A DNA stretch of 64,000 nt from Escherichia coli (GTDB taxonomy: Bacteria; Pseudomonadota; Gammaproteobacteria; Enterobacterales; Enterobacteriaceae). Both the position numbers and the translations under genes were made by a program. This document shows, one piece after another, positions 16,709 through 28,579 of this stretch. Below the pieces are notes generated by a model, which was given only the letters and a program-made list of their open reading frames with translations, was not told the DNA's origin and searched no databases. The stretch lies in the NCBI RefSeq assembly GCF_030384885.1, contig NZ_CP128613.1, one strand, 5' to 3'. Positions within the stretch are counted from its first letter, which is position 1. Each line of letters begins with the position of its first letter.

Positions 16709-16905
16709 TTCATCTCAGGGCGGTGTGTAACGCGATGACCACTCTTTTTTTGAAAGCGAAAAGAGTAAGATGCGCCTTTCAAATTTTTCGCTCCTGCCGG
16801 GAAATTACACTGTTCCCGGTATGTCCGTCGGATAATTCAGAGGCGCGCCTTCTGGCCGACAGATGTGTTATGAGCGCTTTTAATCTTCATTAACGGAGTT
16901 TCTGC

Positions 16906-17964
16906 GTGCGTGCCGATAAGTCATTAAGCCCGTTTGAAATCCGGGTATACCGCCATTACCGCATTGTGCATGGTACTCGGGTCGCGCTGGCATTCCTGCT
17001 CACTTTTCTCATTATCCGCCTGTTTACTATCCCGGAAAGCACCTGGCCGCTGGTCACCATGGTGGTGATTATGGGGCCAATCTCGTTCTGGGGTAACGTT
17101 GTCCCTCGCGCCTTTGAACGTATTGGCGGTACGGTGTTGGGGTCGATTTTAGGTCTTATCGCTCTGCAACTGGAGTTAATCTCGTTACCTCTGATGTTGG
17201 TCTGGTGCGCGGCGGCCATGTTCCTTTGTGGTTGGCTGGCGCTGGGCAAGAAACCGTATCAAGGTTTATTGATTGGGGTGACGCTGGCAATTGTTGTTGG
17301 TTCCCCGACAGGTGAAATTGATACGGCGTTATGGCGAAGCGGCGATGTGATCCTCGGCTCTTTACTGGCAATGTTGTTTACCGGTATCTGGCCACAAAGG
17401 GCGTTCATCCACTGGCGCATTCAACTGGCGAAAAGTCTGACCGAGTATAATCGGGTCTATCAATCTGCATTCTCACCGAACTTACTCGAACGCCCACGTC
17501 TGGAAAGCCATCTACAAAAACTCCTGACCGATGCCGTGAAAATGCGTGGGCTGATTGCGCCCGCCAGCAAAGAAACCCGTATTCCCAAATCGATATATGA
17601 AGGTATCCAGACCATTAATCGCAATCTGGTTTGTATGCTGGAGTTGCAAATCAATGCATACTGGGCCACGCGCCCCAGCCATTTCGTGTTATTGAACGCG
17701 CAAAAACTTCGTGATACCCAGCACATGATGCAGCAAATACTGCTGAGCCTTGTTCATGCGCTGTACGAAGGTAATCCGCAGCCGGTTTTTGCCAATACGG
17801 AAAAATTGAACGATGCTGTGGAAGAGCTGCGTCAGTTGCTCGATAACCACCATGACCTGAAAGTCGTGGAAACACCAATCTATGGTTATGTGTGGCTGAA
17901 CATGGAAACAGCGCATCAGCTTGAATTGCTATCGAATCTGATTTGCCGGGCCTTGCGCAAATAA
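16906..17964 (+). CDS. yeeA: FUSC-family inner membrane protein
   Basis: 352 aa ORF, multiple TM helices, synteny. Confidence 0.88.
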   Translation: MRADKSLSPFEIRVYRHYRIVHGTRVALAFLLTFLIIRLFTIPESTWPLVTMVVIMGPISFWGNVVPRAFERIGGTVLGSILGLIALQLELISLPLMLVWCAAAMFLCGWLALGKKPYQGLLIGVTLAIVVGSPTGEIDTALWRSGDVILGSLLAMLFTGIWPQRAFIHWRIQLAKSLTEYNRVYQSAFSPNLLERPRLESHLQKLLTDAVKMRGLIAPASKETRIPKSIYEGIQTINRNLVCMLELQINAYWATRPSHFVLLNAQKLRDTQHMMQQILLSLVHALYEGNPQPVFANTEKLNDAVEELRQLLDNHHDLKVVETPIYGYVWLNMETAHQLELLSNLICRALRK

Positions 17965-18135
17965 TTCCTGAACTTCAGAATCATCTTGCTGCTGCTTCGA
18001 TTCAGCAAGGATAAAGGGTATGATAGTGAAAAGGGATAAAAGCATTGTCATCTGCGGCAGCTATGAGTAATGTTGGCCCTAACGAATAGCGGTTGCTTAA
18101 ACGAATCCGACTCTCACATTATCAGGGGTATAAAA

Positions 18136-18465
18136 ATGGAAACTACCAAGCCTTCATTCCAGGATGTACTGGAATTTGTTCGTCTGTTCCGTCGTAAGAA
18201 CAAACTGCAACGTGAAATTCAGGACGTTGAGAAAAAGATCCGTGACAACCAGAAGCGCGTCCTGCTGCTGGACAACCTGAGTGATTACATCAAGCCGGGG
18301 ATGAGCGTTGAAGCAATCCAGGGCATCATCGCCAGCATGAAAGGTGACTATGAAGATCGCGTTGACGATTACATCATCAAAAATGCCGAGCTCTCCAAAG
18401 AACGCCGCGATATCTCCAAAAAGCTGAAAGCTATGGGCGAAATGAAAAACGGCGAAGCGAAGTAA
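18136..18465 (+). CDS. yeeX: UPF0265 family protein
   Basis: ORF 18070..18465 with internal start [14 protein letters not shown] and good RBS. Confidence 0.88.
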   Translation: METTKPSFQDVLEFVRLFRRKNKLQREIQDVEKKIRDNQKRVLLLDNLSDYIKPGMSVEAIQGIIASMKGDYEDRVDDYIIKNAELSKERRDISKKLKAMGEMKNGEAK

Positions 18466-18565
18466 TTCCTGTTTTATTCAATGAGGGTTGCCCGGTAACC
18501 CTCATTGCTCATTGTTTCTTTTCTGTGTATCACCGTCATCACTCCCATCTGATAACCTATTGAAA

Positions 18566-18841
18566 TTAGCGACAGCCTTCTTCTGTATGCAGCAAGGCAA
18601 AAAGTTCTGTAACTCCATTGTTATTAACCGCACTGGTTACTAACACGTTGTGCGCTCCAGCTTCCCGTAACCAACATTTCACCAAAGATATTTGTTCCAT
18701 ACTGGCTAAATCTGCTTTGGTTACTACTCCAATGACCGGGCGATTCATTGACGAGGTAAAGCCTGGCGAAAAAGGTGACCACGGTGCGTCCGCATTAAGT
18801 ACCAGCGCGATAATGTCTGCTTCGCAGGCACTGACCAACAA
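18566..18841 (-). pseudogene. EutP/PduV-family GTPase C-terminal fragment (relic upstream of cobU)
   Basis: 91 aa ORF with ...[12 protein letters not shown]...[11 protein letters not shown]... resembling EutP/PduV C-terminus; no N-terminal P-loop present. Confidence 0.4.
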
Positions 18842-19333
18842 TGCACTGTAAAGGCGGCGATTTTATTGGTGAGGACTGGCAGCAAGATTTCCAGCCTCTT
18901 AACGGTGGGCCTGTGCAATCGTTATCAGATGCGTATAGCGATTATTCAGTGCTGCTATTGATAGCAGCTGAAAGCGAGATATCCGTTCCAGAATGGTTCC
19001 CTCATTCTGAGGGAACGACGGTAATTTTGATTGCAGAACACAATGCCCGTTTGCTGAATGGTCCGGCTGGTGGGGCTGTAGCATTAATCCATTATTTGAA
19101 TGAAATCTGTCATGCCAGAGAAACCGCTGTCAATGACGCATTTTGTCGGACGTTAACACGAGGAAGTCTGGCTATTCCGCAATGCCATCTTCTTTCGTAA
19201 TGGATTGAGAATGCTGGATTTTTAATTATATTACGCGCAGTATTAATCGCGTAAATGTTTTGCGGTCAGCAACGGTGGGGGATCCATTGTTCTGTTCAAT
19301 GAATACCATCATACAATTGAATCAGGAGTCGGT

Positions 19334-19879
19334 ATGATGATTTTGGTGACGGGGGGCGCACGGAGCGGGAAGAGTCGCCACGCAGAGGCGCTTATTGGGG
19401 ACTCTTCACAGGTTCTGTATATCGCCACCTCGCAAATCCTTGATGATGAGATGGCTGCACGGATAGAACATCATCGGCAAGGCCGCCCGGCTCACTGGCG
19501 CACAGTGGAGCGCTGGCAACATCTTGATGAATTAATTCATGCAGACATTAACCCGAATGAGGCTGTGTTGCTGGAATGCGTTACCACAATGGTGACTAAT
19601 CTGTTGTTTGATTATGGCGGCGATAAAGACCCTGATGAATGGGATTATCAGGCGATGGAACAGGCGATTAATGCTGAGATTCAGTCGTTGATTGCTGCCT
19701 GCCAACGTTGCCCCGCAAAGGTTGTATTAGTGACTAATGAAGTGGGAATGGGGATTGTGCCGGAGAGTCGTCTGGCACGACATTTTCGTGATATTGCCGG
19801 GCGGGTAAATCAGCAGCTGGCCGCTGCGGCAAATGAAGTATGGCTGGTGGTTTCGGGTATTGGAGTAAAAATCAAATGA
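19334..19879 (+). CDS. cobU: adenosylcobinamide kinase / adenosylcobinamide-phosphate guanylyltransferase
   Basis: 181 aa, P-loop GGARSGKS. Confidence 0.95.
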   Translation: MMILVTGGARSGKSRHAEALIGDSSQVLYIATSQILDDEMAARIEHHRQGRPAHWRTVERWQHLDELIHADINPNEAVLLECVTTMVTNLLFDYGGDKDPDEWDYQAMEQAINAEIQSLIAACQRCPAKVVLVTNEVGMGIVPESRLARHFRDIAGRVNQQLAAAANEVWLVVSGIGVKIK

Positions 19880-20619
19880 GTAAATTATTTTGGGCGATGC
19901 TCTCATTTATTACGCGTCTGCCTGTACCGCGTCGCTGGTCCCAGGGACTGGATTTCGAGCATTATTCTCGCGGTATTATTACTTTTCCTTTAATTGGATT
20001 ATTGCTTGGCGCGATTAGCGGGCTGGTCTTCATGGTGCTGCAGGCATGGTGTGGCGTACCACTGGCGGCATTGTTTAGCGTACTTGTGCTGGCGCTGATG
20101 ACCGGGGGATTCCACCTGGACGGCCTCGCTGATACCTGTGATGGCGTATTTTCTGCACGTAGCCGCGATCGCATGTTGGAAATCATGCGTGATAGCCGTT
20201 TAGGCACCCACGGCGGTCTGGCATTGATTTTTGTTGTACTGGCAAAGATTCTGGTGTTAAGCGAGCTGGCTTTGCGTGGCGAACCGATCCTTGCATCGCT
20301 GGCGGCAGCATGTGCGGTCAGCCGTGGGACTGCCGCATTATTGATGTATCGTCATCGTTATGCCCGAGAAGAAGGGCTTGGCAATGTGTTCATTGGCAAA
20401 ATTGATGGGCGACAAACCTGCGTCACACTCGGTTTAGCCGCTATTTTTGCTGCCGTATTATTGCCAGGTATGCATGGTGTGGCTGCTATGGTGGTGACGA
20501 TGGTGGCGATTTTCATCCTCGGTCAGCTTCTCAAACGTACGCTGGGCGGGCAAACCGGCGATACGCTGGGAGCAGCCATAGAGCTTGGTGAACTGGTCTT
20601 CCTGCTGGCACTGCTATAA
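19876..20619 (+). CDS. cobS: cobalamin 5'-phosphate synthase
   Basis: ORF 19840..20619, start MSKLFWAML overlapping cobU stop, polytopic membrane protein. Confidence 0.94.
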   Translation: MSKLFWAMLSFITRLPVPRRWSQGLDFEHYSRGIITFPLIGLLLGAISGLVFMVLQAWCGVPLAALFSVLVLALMTGGFHLDGLADTCDGVFSARSRDRMLEIMRDSRLGTHGGLALIFVVLAKILVLSELALRGEPILASLAAACAVSRGTAALLMYRHRYAREEGLGNVFIGKIDGRQTCVTLGLAAIFAAVLLPGMHGVAAMVVTMVAIFILGQLLKRTLGGQTGDTLGAAIELGELVFLLALL

Positions 20620-20630
20620 AGAGACGTGAC

Positions 20631-21710
20631 ATGCAAACACTTGCCAATTTACTGAATACGATCCCTGCCATCGATCCTGCCGCTATGTCGCGTGCACAAC
20701 GGCATATTGACGGGTTACTCAAACCTGTTGGTAGCCTGGGAAGGCTGGAGGCGCTTGGCGTACAACTGGCGGGAATGCCGGGGTTGAATGGCATACCGCA
20801 TGTGGGCAAAAAAGCGGTACTGGTTATGTGTGCCGATCACGGCGTCTGGGAGGAAGGGGTCGCTATTTCCCCAAAAGAAGTGACAGCCATTCAGGCTGAA
20901 AATATGACCCGCGGAACAACCGGCGTGTGTGTGCTGGCAGCACAAGCGGGCGCTTACGTCCACGTAATTGATGTTGGTATTGATACTGCTGAGCCTATCC
21001 CCGGGCTTATCAACATGCGTGTCGCACGAGGTAGCGGCAATATTGCTTCAGCTCCGGCAATGAGTCGCCGTCAGGCTGAAACGTTGCTTTTGGACGTCAT
21101 ATGCTATACGCGGGAGCTGGCAAAAAACGGTGTCACGCTGTTTGGTGTAGGTGAACTGGGGATGGCAAACACGACACCGGCAGCGGCGATAGTGAGCACA
21201 ATCACTGGCCGGGATCCTGAAGAAGTGGTTGGGATTGGCGCAAACCTGCCGACAGATAAACTGGCTAATAAAATTGATGTTGTGCGACGGGCGATTACGT
21301 TGAATCAACCAAATCCGCAGGATGGCGTTGATGTCCTGGCAAAAGTGGGTGGATTTGATTTGGTCGGAATGGCTGCCGTGATGTTAGGCGCTGCGTCCTG
21401 CGGTTTACCGGTGTTGCTGGATGGATTTCTTTCTTATGCTGCCGCGCTCGCAGCCTGCCAGATGTCTCCTGCAATCAAACCGTATCTCATTCCTTCTCAC
21501 CTGTCGGCAGAAAAAGGGGCGCGTATAGCGTTGTCGCATTTGGGGCTGGAGCCTTATCTCAATATGGATATGCGTTTAGGTGAGGGAAGTGGCGCAGCTC
21601 TGGCGATGCCCATCATCGAAGCTGCCTGTGCGATATACAACAGCATGGGCGAACTTGCTGCCAGTAATATTGTTCTACCGGGGAATACGACTTCTGATTT
21701 GAACAGTTAA
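20631..21710 (+). CDS. cobT: nicotinate-nucleotide--dimethylbenzimidazole phosphoribosyltransferase
   Basis: 359 aa ORF, operon context cobUST. Confidence 0.95.
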   Translation: MQTLANLLNTIPAIDPAAMSRAQRHIDGLLKPVGSLGRLEALGVQLAGMPGLNGIPHVGKKAVLVMCADHGVWEEGVAISPKEVTAIQAENMTRGTTGVCVLAAQAGAYVHVIDVGIDTAEPIPGLINMRVARGSGNIASAPAMSRRQAETLLLDVICYTRELAKNGVTLFGVGELGMANTTPAAAIVSTITGRDPEEVVGIGANLPTDKLANKIDVVRRAITLNQPNPQDGVDVLAKVGGFDLVGMAAVMLGAASCGLPVLLDGFLSYAAALAACQMSPAIKPYLIPSHLSAEKGARIALSHLGLEPYLNMDMRLGEGSGAALAMPIIEAACAIYNSMGELAASNIVLPGNTTSDLNS

Positions 21711-21774
21711 AAACGAAAAGTCTGATAAAAGCTATACTTATCGGATAGTATTCGCGACTTAGGAAAGGGACATG

Positions 21775-22707
21775 ATGCGTCGTGTAAATATTTTTTGCTC
21801 ATTTGCTCTACTTTTTGCCAGCCATAATAGCCTGGCGGTAACTTATCCATTACCTCCAGAGGGTAGCCGTTTAGTGGGACAGTCGCTTACTGTAACTGTT
21901 CCTGATCACAATACCCACCCGCTGGAGACTTTTGCCGCACAATACGGGCAAGGGTTAAGTAACATGCTGGAAGCGAATCCGGGCGCTGATGTTTTCTTGC
22001 CGAGGTCAGGCTCGCAACTCACCATTCCGCAGCAACTAATTTTGCCCGCCACTGCTCGTAAAGGGATTGTGATTAACGTCGCTGAGATGCGTCTTTATTA
22101 CTACCCTCCAGACAGTAATACTGTGGAAGTCTTTCCTATTGGTATCGGCCAGGCTGGGCGAGAAACCCCGCGTAACTGGGTGACTACCGTTAAACGTAAA
22201 CAAGAAGCACCAACCTGGACGCCAACGCCGAACACCCGGCGCGAATATGCGAAACGAGGGGAGAGTTTGCCCGCATTTGTTCCTGCGGGGCCTGATAATC
22301 CCATGGGGCTGTACGCGATTTATATTGGCAGGCTATATGCCATCCACGGTACCAATGCCAATTTTGGTATTGGGCTCCGGGTAAGTCAGGGCTGTATTCG
22401 TCTGCGCAATGACGATATCAAATATCTGTTTGATAATGTTCCTGTAGGTACTCGTGTACAAATTATTGATCAGCCAGTGAAATACACAACGGAACCGGAT
22501 GGATCAAAGTGGCTGGAAGTTCATGAGCCGCTGTCGCGCAACCGTGCGGAATATGAGTCAGACCGAAAAGTGCCTTTGCCAGTAACGCCATCTTTGCGGG
22601 CGTTTATCAACGGGCAAGAAGTTGATGTGAATCGCGCAAATGCTGCATTGCAGCGCCGATCAGGAATGCCTGTGCAAATTAGTTCTGGTTCAAGACAGAT
22701 GTTTTAA
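21775..22707 (+). CDS. ldtA: L,D-transpeptidase
   Basis: ORF 21772..22707, signal peptide, YkuD domain with catalytic SQGCIRL. Confidence 0.93.
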   Translation: MRRVNIFCSFALLFASHNSLAVTYPLPPEGSRLVGQSLTVTVPDHNTHPLETFAAQYGQGLSNMLEANPGADVFLPRSGSQLTIPQQLILPATARKGIVINVAEMRLYYYPPDSNTVEVFPIGIGQAGRETPRNWVTTVKRKQEAPTWTPTPNTRREYAKRGESLPAFVPAGPDNPMGLYAIYIGRLYAIHGTNANFGIGLRVSQGCIRLRNDDIKYLFDNVPVGTRVQIIDQPVKYTTEPDGSKWLEVHEPLSRNRAEYESDRKVPLPVTPSLRAFINGQEVDVNRANAALQRRSGMPVQISSGSRQMF

Positions 22708-22762
22708 GAGCGTTGTTAATTAGAAAGCAAAAAGCCTTCTCGAAAGCAGGCTTTTTTGAATT

Positions 22763-22838
22763 TGGCTCCTCTGACTGGACTCGAACCAGTGACATACGGA
22801 TTAACAGTCCGCCGTTCTACCGACTGAACTACAGAGGA
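22763..22838 (-). tRNA. asnV: tRNA-Asn(GUU)
   Basis: 76-nt reverse complement of canonical tRNA-Asn sequence ending CCA. Confidence 0.97.
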
Positions 22839-23164
22839 ATCGTGTGAACGGGGCGCATATTAATGGCAGTGCATGGTGATGTCAAAGGGTGAAATGCATT
22901 TTTTTGTTTGTTTGCTGTCAATTTCAACAAAGTGGTGAGCTTTCAATCTTATTGGGTAATGAACCATCGTGGTGCATACCCTCCTTTTATAGGGCAGGGG
23001 AACGCGACAGCTGATTAAAGGAGCCAATGACGAATCTATCATAATCTCTTATTTGACAGTTGCTTAGCTTGTACATCAACGCCAAAATAAAACTGGCAAG
23101 CATCTTGCACTCTGGTTGTAAGTAATGGCGGCACTTGGGCCGATTCTTAAACACCGGAGGCAAC

Positions 23165-24082
23165 ATGAACTTCAGACGCTTGAAATACTTCGTAAAAATT
23201 GTAGATATTGGTAGCCTGACCCAGGCTGCTGAAGTATTGCATATCGCACAACCAGCGCTCAGTCAGCAGGTTGCCACACTGGAAGGTGAGTTAAATCAAC
23301 AACTTTTGATTCGCACAAAACGGGGCGTTACGCCAACTGACGCCGGAAAAATTCTCTATACCCATGCGCGGGCCATTTTACGTCAGTGTGAGCAGGCCCA
23401 ACTGGCGGTGCATAACGTTGGTCAGGCATTATCGGGGCAAGTCTCGATTGGCTTTGCGCCAGGAACCGCTGCGTCATCCATCACCATGCCTTTATTGCAG
23501 GCGGTTCGCGCTGAATTCCCGGAAATTGTTATTTATCTCCATGAAAATAGCGGTGCTGTGCTCAACGAAAAACTGATAAGCCACCAACTCGATATGGCAG
23601 TGATTTATGAGCATTCTCCTGTGGCTGGTGTTTCCAGTCAGGCTTTGCTGAAAGAAGATCTTTTCCTGGTAGGAACGCAAGATTGTCCGGGGCAAAGCGT
23701 TGATGTTAATGCTATAGCACAAATGAACCTCTTTCTCCCCAGCGATTACAGTGCCGTTAGACTTCGTGTTGATGAGGCTTTTTCCCTACGGCGGCTTACA
23801 GCAAAAGTTATTGGGGAAATTGAGTCTATTGCCACGCTTACCGCAGCAATTGCCAGCGGCATGGGCGTTGCAGTCTTACCCGAATCGGCCGCGCGTTCGT
23901 TATGTGGCGCAGTAAACGGATGGATGTCACGCATTACCACACCTTCAATGAGTCTCTCTTTGTCATTAAATTTACCCGCCAGAGCGAACTTATCACCACA
24001 GGCGCAAGCAGTGAAAGAGTTGTTAATGTCAGTGATGAGTTCTCCAGTGATGGAAAAAAGGCAGTGGCAATTGGTGAGCTAA
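23165..24082 (+). CDS. nac: nitrogen assimilation control LysR-family regulator
   Basis: ORF 23135..24082, start MNFRRLKYFVKIVDIGSLTQAA. Confidence 0.93.
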   Translation: MNFRRLKYFVKIVDIGSLTQAAEVLHIAQPALSQQVATLEGELNQQLLIRTKRGVTPTDAGKILYTHARAILRQCEQAQLAVHNVGQALSGQVSIGFAPGTAASSITMPLLQAVRAEFPEIVIYLHENSGAVLNEKLISHQLDMAVIYEHSPVAGVSSQALLKEDLFLVGTQDCPGQSVDVNAIAQMNLFLPSDYSAVRLRVDEAFSLRRLTAKVIGEIESIATLTAAIASGMGVAVLPESAARSLCGAVNGWMSRITTPSMSLSLSLNLPARANLSPQAQAVKELLMSVMSSPVMEKRQWQLVS

Positions 24083-24183
24083 GCGTTATATCGGGATGGA
24101 ATAAGATGCGGGTTTTTATTATTTGTTATGCCGGGCATTAAACTTTAACAATAACGTGATATCTGAACTGCCCGGAGTTTACC

Positions 24184-25134
24184 GTGAATTTCCAACAACT
24201 AAAGATAATCCGCGAGGCTGCACGTCAGGATTACAACCTGACAGAGGTTGCGAATATGCTTTTTACCTCACAGTCAGGCGTCAGCCGTCACATTCGGGAA
24301 CTGGAGGATGAACTTGGCATCGAAATATTTGTTCGACGAGGTAAGCGACTGCTGGGCATGACTGAACCGGGCAAAGCATTACTGGTCATTGCAGAACGTA
24401 TTCTGAATGAAGCCAGTAATGTTCGTCGGCTTGCAGACCTGTTTACCAACGATACGTCTGGCGTTCTCACTATTGCAACGACGCATACTCAGGCACGTTA
24501 TAGCTTGCCTGAGGTCATTAAAGCTTTTCGCGAACTTTTCCCGGAGGTTCGGCTGGAGCTAATCCAGGGGACGCCACAGGAAATTGCAACTTTGTTGCAA
24601 AATGGCGAAGCTGATATTGGTATCGCCAGCGAGCGTTTAAGTAATGACCCGCAGCTCGTCGCCTTCCCGTGGTTTCGTTGGCACCATAGTTTGCTTGTTC
24701 CACTCGATCATCCCTTGACGCAAATTATACCGTTGACGCTGGAATCAATAGCGAAGTGGCCGTTAATCACTTACCGACAGGGGATTACGGGGCGCTCACG
24801 TATTGATGACGCATTTGTCCGCAAAGGTTTGCTGGCAGATATTGTATTAAGTGCGCAGGATTCTGATGTCATTAAAACCTATGTTGCACTCGGGCTGGGG
24901 ATTGGATTAGTTGCCGAACAATCCAGCGGTGAACAAGAGGAAAAGAATTTAATCCGTCTGGATACGCGGCATCTTTTCGATGCTAATACTGTCTGGTTGG
25001 GACTCAAGCGAGGACAACTTCAGCGTAACTATGTCTGGCGCTTTCTGGAACTTTGTAATGCAGGACTGTCAGTTGAGGATATCAAGCGCCAGGTGATGGA
25101 GAACAGTGAAGAGGAAATTGATTATCAGATATAG
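24184..25134 (+). CDS. cbl: CysB-like LysR-family regulator
   Basis: 316 aa ORF MNFQQLKIIREAARQDYNLTEVA, CysB paralog. Confidence 0.93.
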   Translation: MNFQQLKIIREAARQDYNLTEVANMLFTSQSGVSRHIRELEDELGIEIFVRRGKRLLGMTEPGKALLVIAERILNEASNVRRLADLFTNDTSGVLTIATTHTQARYSLPEVIKAFRELFPEVRLELIQGTPQEIATLLQNGEADIGIASERLSNDPQLVAFPWFRWHHSLLVPLDHPLTQIIPLTLESIAKWPLITYRQGITGRSRIDDAFVRKGLLADIVLSAQDSDVIKTYVALGLGIGLVAEQSSGEQEEKNLIRLDTRHLFDANTVWLGLKRGQLQRNYVWRFLELCNAGLSVEDIKRQVMENSEEEIDYQI

Positions 25135-25135
25135 C

Positions 25136-25165
25136 AAAAAGCCCGCTATAAAAGCGGGCTTTTCA
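25136..25165. terminator. hairpin terminator between cbl and asnU
   Basis: aaaaagcccgctataaaagcgggctttt. Confidence 0.6.
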
Positions 25166-25171
25166 GAAATT

Positions 25172-25247
25172 TGGCTCCTCTGACTGGACTCGAACCAGTG
25201 ACATACGGATTAACAGTCCGCCGTTCTACCGACTGAACTACAGAGGA
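25172..25247 (-). tRNA. asnU: tRNA-Asn(GUU)
   Basis: 76-nt exact tRNA-Asn copy. Confidence 0.97.
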
Positions 25248-25407
25248 ATCGCTGTTGAGGCACATCTTAACGGCGAAAAATTTTTTGTCAAACCCGATTT
25301 TTAAATTCCTCAACTGTTTGCCGTTTCTATCAACAGTTTGTTGCATTTGCAGACAATTTGTCGGCAAAAATCTTTGCAGCTTTGCTGATTCTCCCTCATC
25401 ATTTGAA

Positions 25408-26895
25408 ATGTGGTTTCACTTTTTGCAATTAAGGTCGGCTTTGAATATCTCCTCTGCTTTACGCCAGGTTGTTCACGGCACTCGCTGGCACGCCAAACGC
25501 AAGAGTTACAAAGTGTTGTTCTGGCGCGAGATAACCCCGCTTGCTGTTCCTATCTTCATGGAGAACGCCTGTGTCCTGTTGATGGGTGTCCTGAGCACTT
25601 TTCTGGTCAGCTGGCTGGGAAAAGATGCGATGGCCGGCGTGGGATTGGCGGACAGCTTCAATATGGTCATTATGGCTTTTTTTGCAGCTATCGATCTTGG
25701 TACTACTGTCGTTGTGGCATTTAGTCTCGGTAAGCGGGATCGACGACGAGCGAGGGTGGCGACGCGACAGTCATTGGTGATCATGACGTTGTTTGCCGTA
25801 CTGTTGGCAACGCTTATTCATCATTTTGGCGAACAAATTATTGATTTCGTCGCGGGTGATGCCACGACAGAAGTTAAAGCACTGGCGTTGACTTATCTGG
25901 AGCTGACGGTACTCAGTTATCCAGCAGCTGCCATCACTTTGATTGGTAGCGGGGCACTTCGTGGTGCAGGGAATACGAAAATACCGCTACTGATTAACGG
26001 TAGCCTGAATATTCTTAATATTATTATTAGCGGCATATTGATTTACGGCCTTTTCTCCTGGCCGGGACTGGGATTTGTCGGGGCTGGGTTGGGGTTAACC
26101 ATTTCTCGTTATATTGGCGCAGTGGCAATTTTGTGGGTGCTGGCGATTGGTTTTAATCCTGCGCTAAGGATTTCGTTAAAGAGCTATTTTAAACCGCTGA
26201 ATTTTAGCATTATCTGGGAAGTCATGGGGATTGGTATTCCAGCGAGTGTCGAATCAGTGTTATTTACCAGTGGTCGGTTATTAACCCAAATGTTCGTTGC
26301 CGGGATGGGGACCAGTGTTATTGCCGGGAATTTTATCGCGTTTTCAATTGCGGCTCTTATCAACTTACCCGGAAGTGCGCTCGGCTCTGCTTCTACGATC
26401 ATTACAGGCCGAAGGTTGGGGGTAGGGCAGATAGCGCAAGCAGAGATTCAGTTGCGGCATGTGTTCTGGCTGTCCACTCTTGGATTAACGGCCATCGCCT
26501 GGCTAACGGCTCCCTTTGCTGGGGTTATGGCATCGTTTTACACCCAGGATCCACAGGTTAAACATGTCGTTGTGATTCTGATTTGGCTAAATGCTTTATT
26601 TATGCCTATTTGGTCTGCCTCATGGGTGCTACCCGCTGGATTTAAGGGTGCTCGCGATGCCCGTTACGCCATGTGGGTTTCTATGTTGAGCATGTGGGGT
26701 TGCCGGGTTGTAGTCGGTTATGTGCTGGGAATCATGCTTGGCTGGGGTGTGGTTGGTGTCTGGATGGGAATGTTTGCCGACTGGGCTGTGCGGGCCGTGC
26801 TGTTTTACTGGCGCATGGTTACTGGACGTTGGCTGTGGAAATACCCTAGATCTGAGCCGCAAAAGTGTGAAAAAAAGCCAGTTGTGTTGAAATAA
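25408..26895 (+). CDS. yeeO: MATE-family efflux transporter
   Basis: ORF 25255..26895 with internal start MWFHFLQLRS giving 495 aa; 12-TM MATE topology. Confidence 0.9.
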   Translation: MWFHFLQLRSALNISSALRQVVHGTRWHAKRKSYKVLFWREITPLAVPIFMENACVLLMGVLSTFLVSWLGKDAMAGVGLADSFNMVIMAFFAAIDLGTTVVVAFSLGKRDRRRARVATRQSLVIMTLFAVLLATLIHHFGEQIIDFVAGDATTEVKALALTYLELTVLSYPAAAITLIGSGALRGAGNTKIPLLINGSLNILNIIISGILIYGLFSWPGLGFVGAGLGLTISRYIGAVAILWVLAIGFNPALRISLKSYFKPLNFSIIWEVMGIGIPASVESVLFTSGRLLTQMFVAGMGTSVIAGNFIAFSIAALINLPGSALGSASTIITGRRLGVGQIAQAEIQLRHVFWLSTLGLTAIAWLTAPFAGVMASFYTQDPQVKHVVVILIWLNALFMPIWSASWVLPAGFKGARDARYAMWVSMLSMWGCRVVVGYVLGIMLGWGVVGVWMGMFADWAVRAVLFYWRMVTGRWLWKYPRSEPQKCEKKPVVLK

Positions 26896-26995
26896 ACGAC
26901 AAAGTGCAGATTATTTCAGCAAACGATTTCAAATTTAAAAAACAGGCTTTGACATTGTGGATGGGCGTCGCTAATATTCGCCTCGTTCTCACGAT

Positions 26996-27071
26996 TCCTC
27001 TGTAGTTCAGTCGGTAGAACGGCGGACTGTTAATCCGTATGTCACTGGTTCGAGTCCAGTCAGAGGAGCCA
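26996..27071 (+). tRNA. asnW: tRNA-Asn(GUU)
   Basis: 76-nt exact tRNA-Asn copy, plus strand. Confidence 0.97.
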
Positions 27072-27521
27072 AATTTTAGTTTTGAGACATCTCTATGAGT
27101 CTCAAGACAGTTAAAAAATAAAAATTATTTTTACCCGGTTATCTTGTAAAAAAGTGACTGGGTTTTTTGATTTCTGTGTTTTGTGCGCTTAATCGAGTCT
27201 CACGCTTCAGTGAGCAAATTGCCCCCCAACAGACATCACGATTCGCAAGGTCAAAAAATTCGTTCTGTGAAGTACCGTACAAAGGTATAGAGAAAAATGC
27301 CTTATGCGGGATGTTGCTGTCGCGTTTTTATCGGGAAACTAAACGTAATTGCCACTTTGTCTTCTGTAATCAGAAAAAGAAAACCTGGAATTTTAATAAA
27401 TATTATTTCTCTGGGACCGGTATTTTTATAATCAATATGACGAGTTGAATATTATATTTATTATAAGATTTATATGAAATTAAAGAAATCTGCCATAAAG
27501 ACAGATTTCTTTAAAATATAA

Positions 27522-28238
27522 TTAGAGATTTGCGACGTTATGATAAACTTTTTGAACATCGTCGTCATCTTCAAGGGCATCAACAAGCCCTTCAAAGATT
27601 TCTAAATCTTCTGGGGAAAGCTCAACTTCAGATTGAGCAATCATTTCTAATTCTGTTGTTGAGAACTCAGTGATTCCAGCTGCTTTTAGAGCCGCGATTC
27701 CTTTATGAAGGTCAGTAGGTTCAGTATAAATAACAATATTACCTTCTTCTTCAGTTACATCACGAACATCAACTTCAGCTTCAAGTAAAATTTCAAAAAT
27801 ATGGTCCGGGTCTGTACCTTTAAATACAATCACACCCGTATTGTCAAACATATAGCTGACAGAACCTGCCGCTCCGATATTGCCGCCTTTTTTATTGAAA
27901 ATTGTGCGAACGTTAGCAATCGTACGGTTAACATTTGAAGTCAAGGTTTCAGCGATAATCATTGAGCCATTAGGACCAAAGCCTTCATAACGGCCCTGCA
28001 CGAACGTTTCATCTCCGCCGCCTTTGGCTTTATCAATTGCTTTATCAATAACGTGCTTTGGAACTTGTGCCTGCTTCGCACGTTCAATAACGAATTTTAA
28101 AGATGTGTTTAATTCTGGATCGGGTTCACCTTGTTTGGCAGCAGCATAGATTTCTACACCGAATTTTGCATAAATTTTAGACGTTGCACCGTCTTTAGCC
28201 GTTTTTTTAGCAACAATATTGGCCCATTTACGTCCCAC
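27522..28238 (-). CDS. yeeN: YebC/PmpR-family transcriptional regulator
   Basis: 238 aa [20 protein letters not shown] typical of YebC family. Confidence 0.93.
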
Positions 28239-28579
28239 TGGAATGATCTCCTCGAAAATTTATTTACATTACTGGTAAATCGTTAACATGCGTTAATTCG
28301 GCATATTATATCATAACAGGAAAAATCTCGTCTATTAGAAATAAAAATATTCTAAATCCATAATCTTATATTTAATCTCATAAAAACTAATGTTGTTGGC
28401 GGATTTTTTTATAATTGTGTTTTGAAAGCATACTTGCTTTTAATATATGGAAATCATTAAGGCTATAATAAATCTCGTATCCGCCCCAGGAAGCAAACAG
28501 CCTGCTTTATTGCAGGCTATTTGCTGGATGACTTACTAAATCCTTCACATCTATTCCTGATAAAAAGGAACAGAACTTA

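Noticed and set aside
25255-25407. N-terminal 51-codon extension of the yeeO ORF starting right after asnU
   Set aside because: The extension overlaps the tRNA-flanking region and has no RBS; the internal Met (MWFHFLQ) gives the expected MATE transporter length.
27167-27448. 93-aa ORF in the AT-rich asnW–yeeN intergenic region
   Set aside because: No convincing RBS, and the low-complexity AT-rich composition is typical of a spurious frame in a promoter region.
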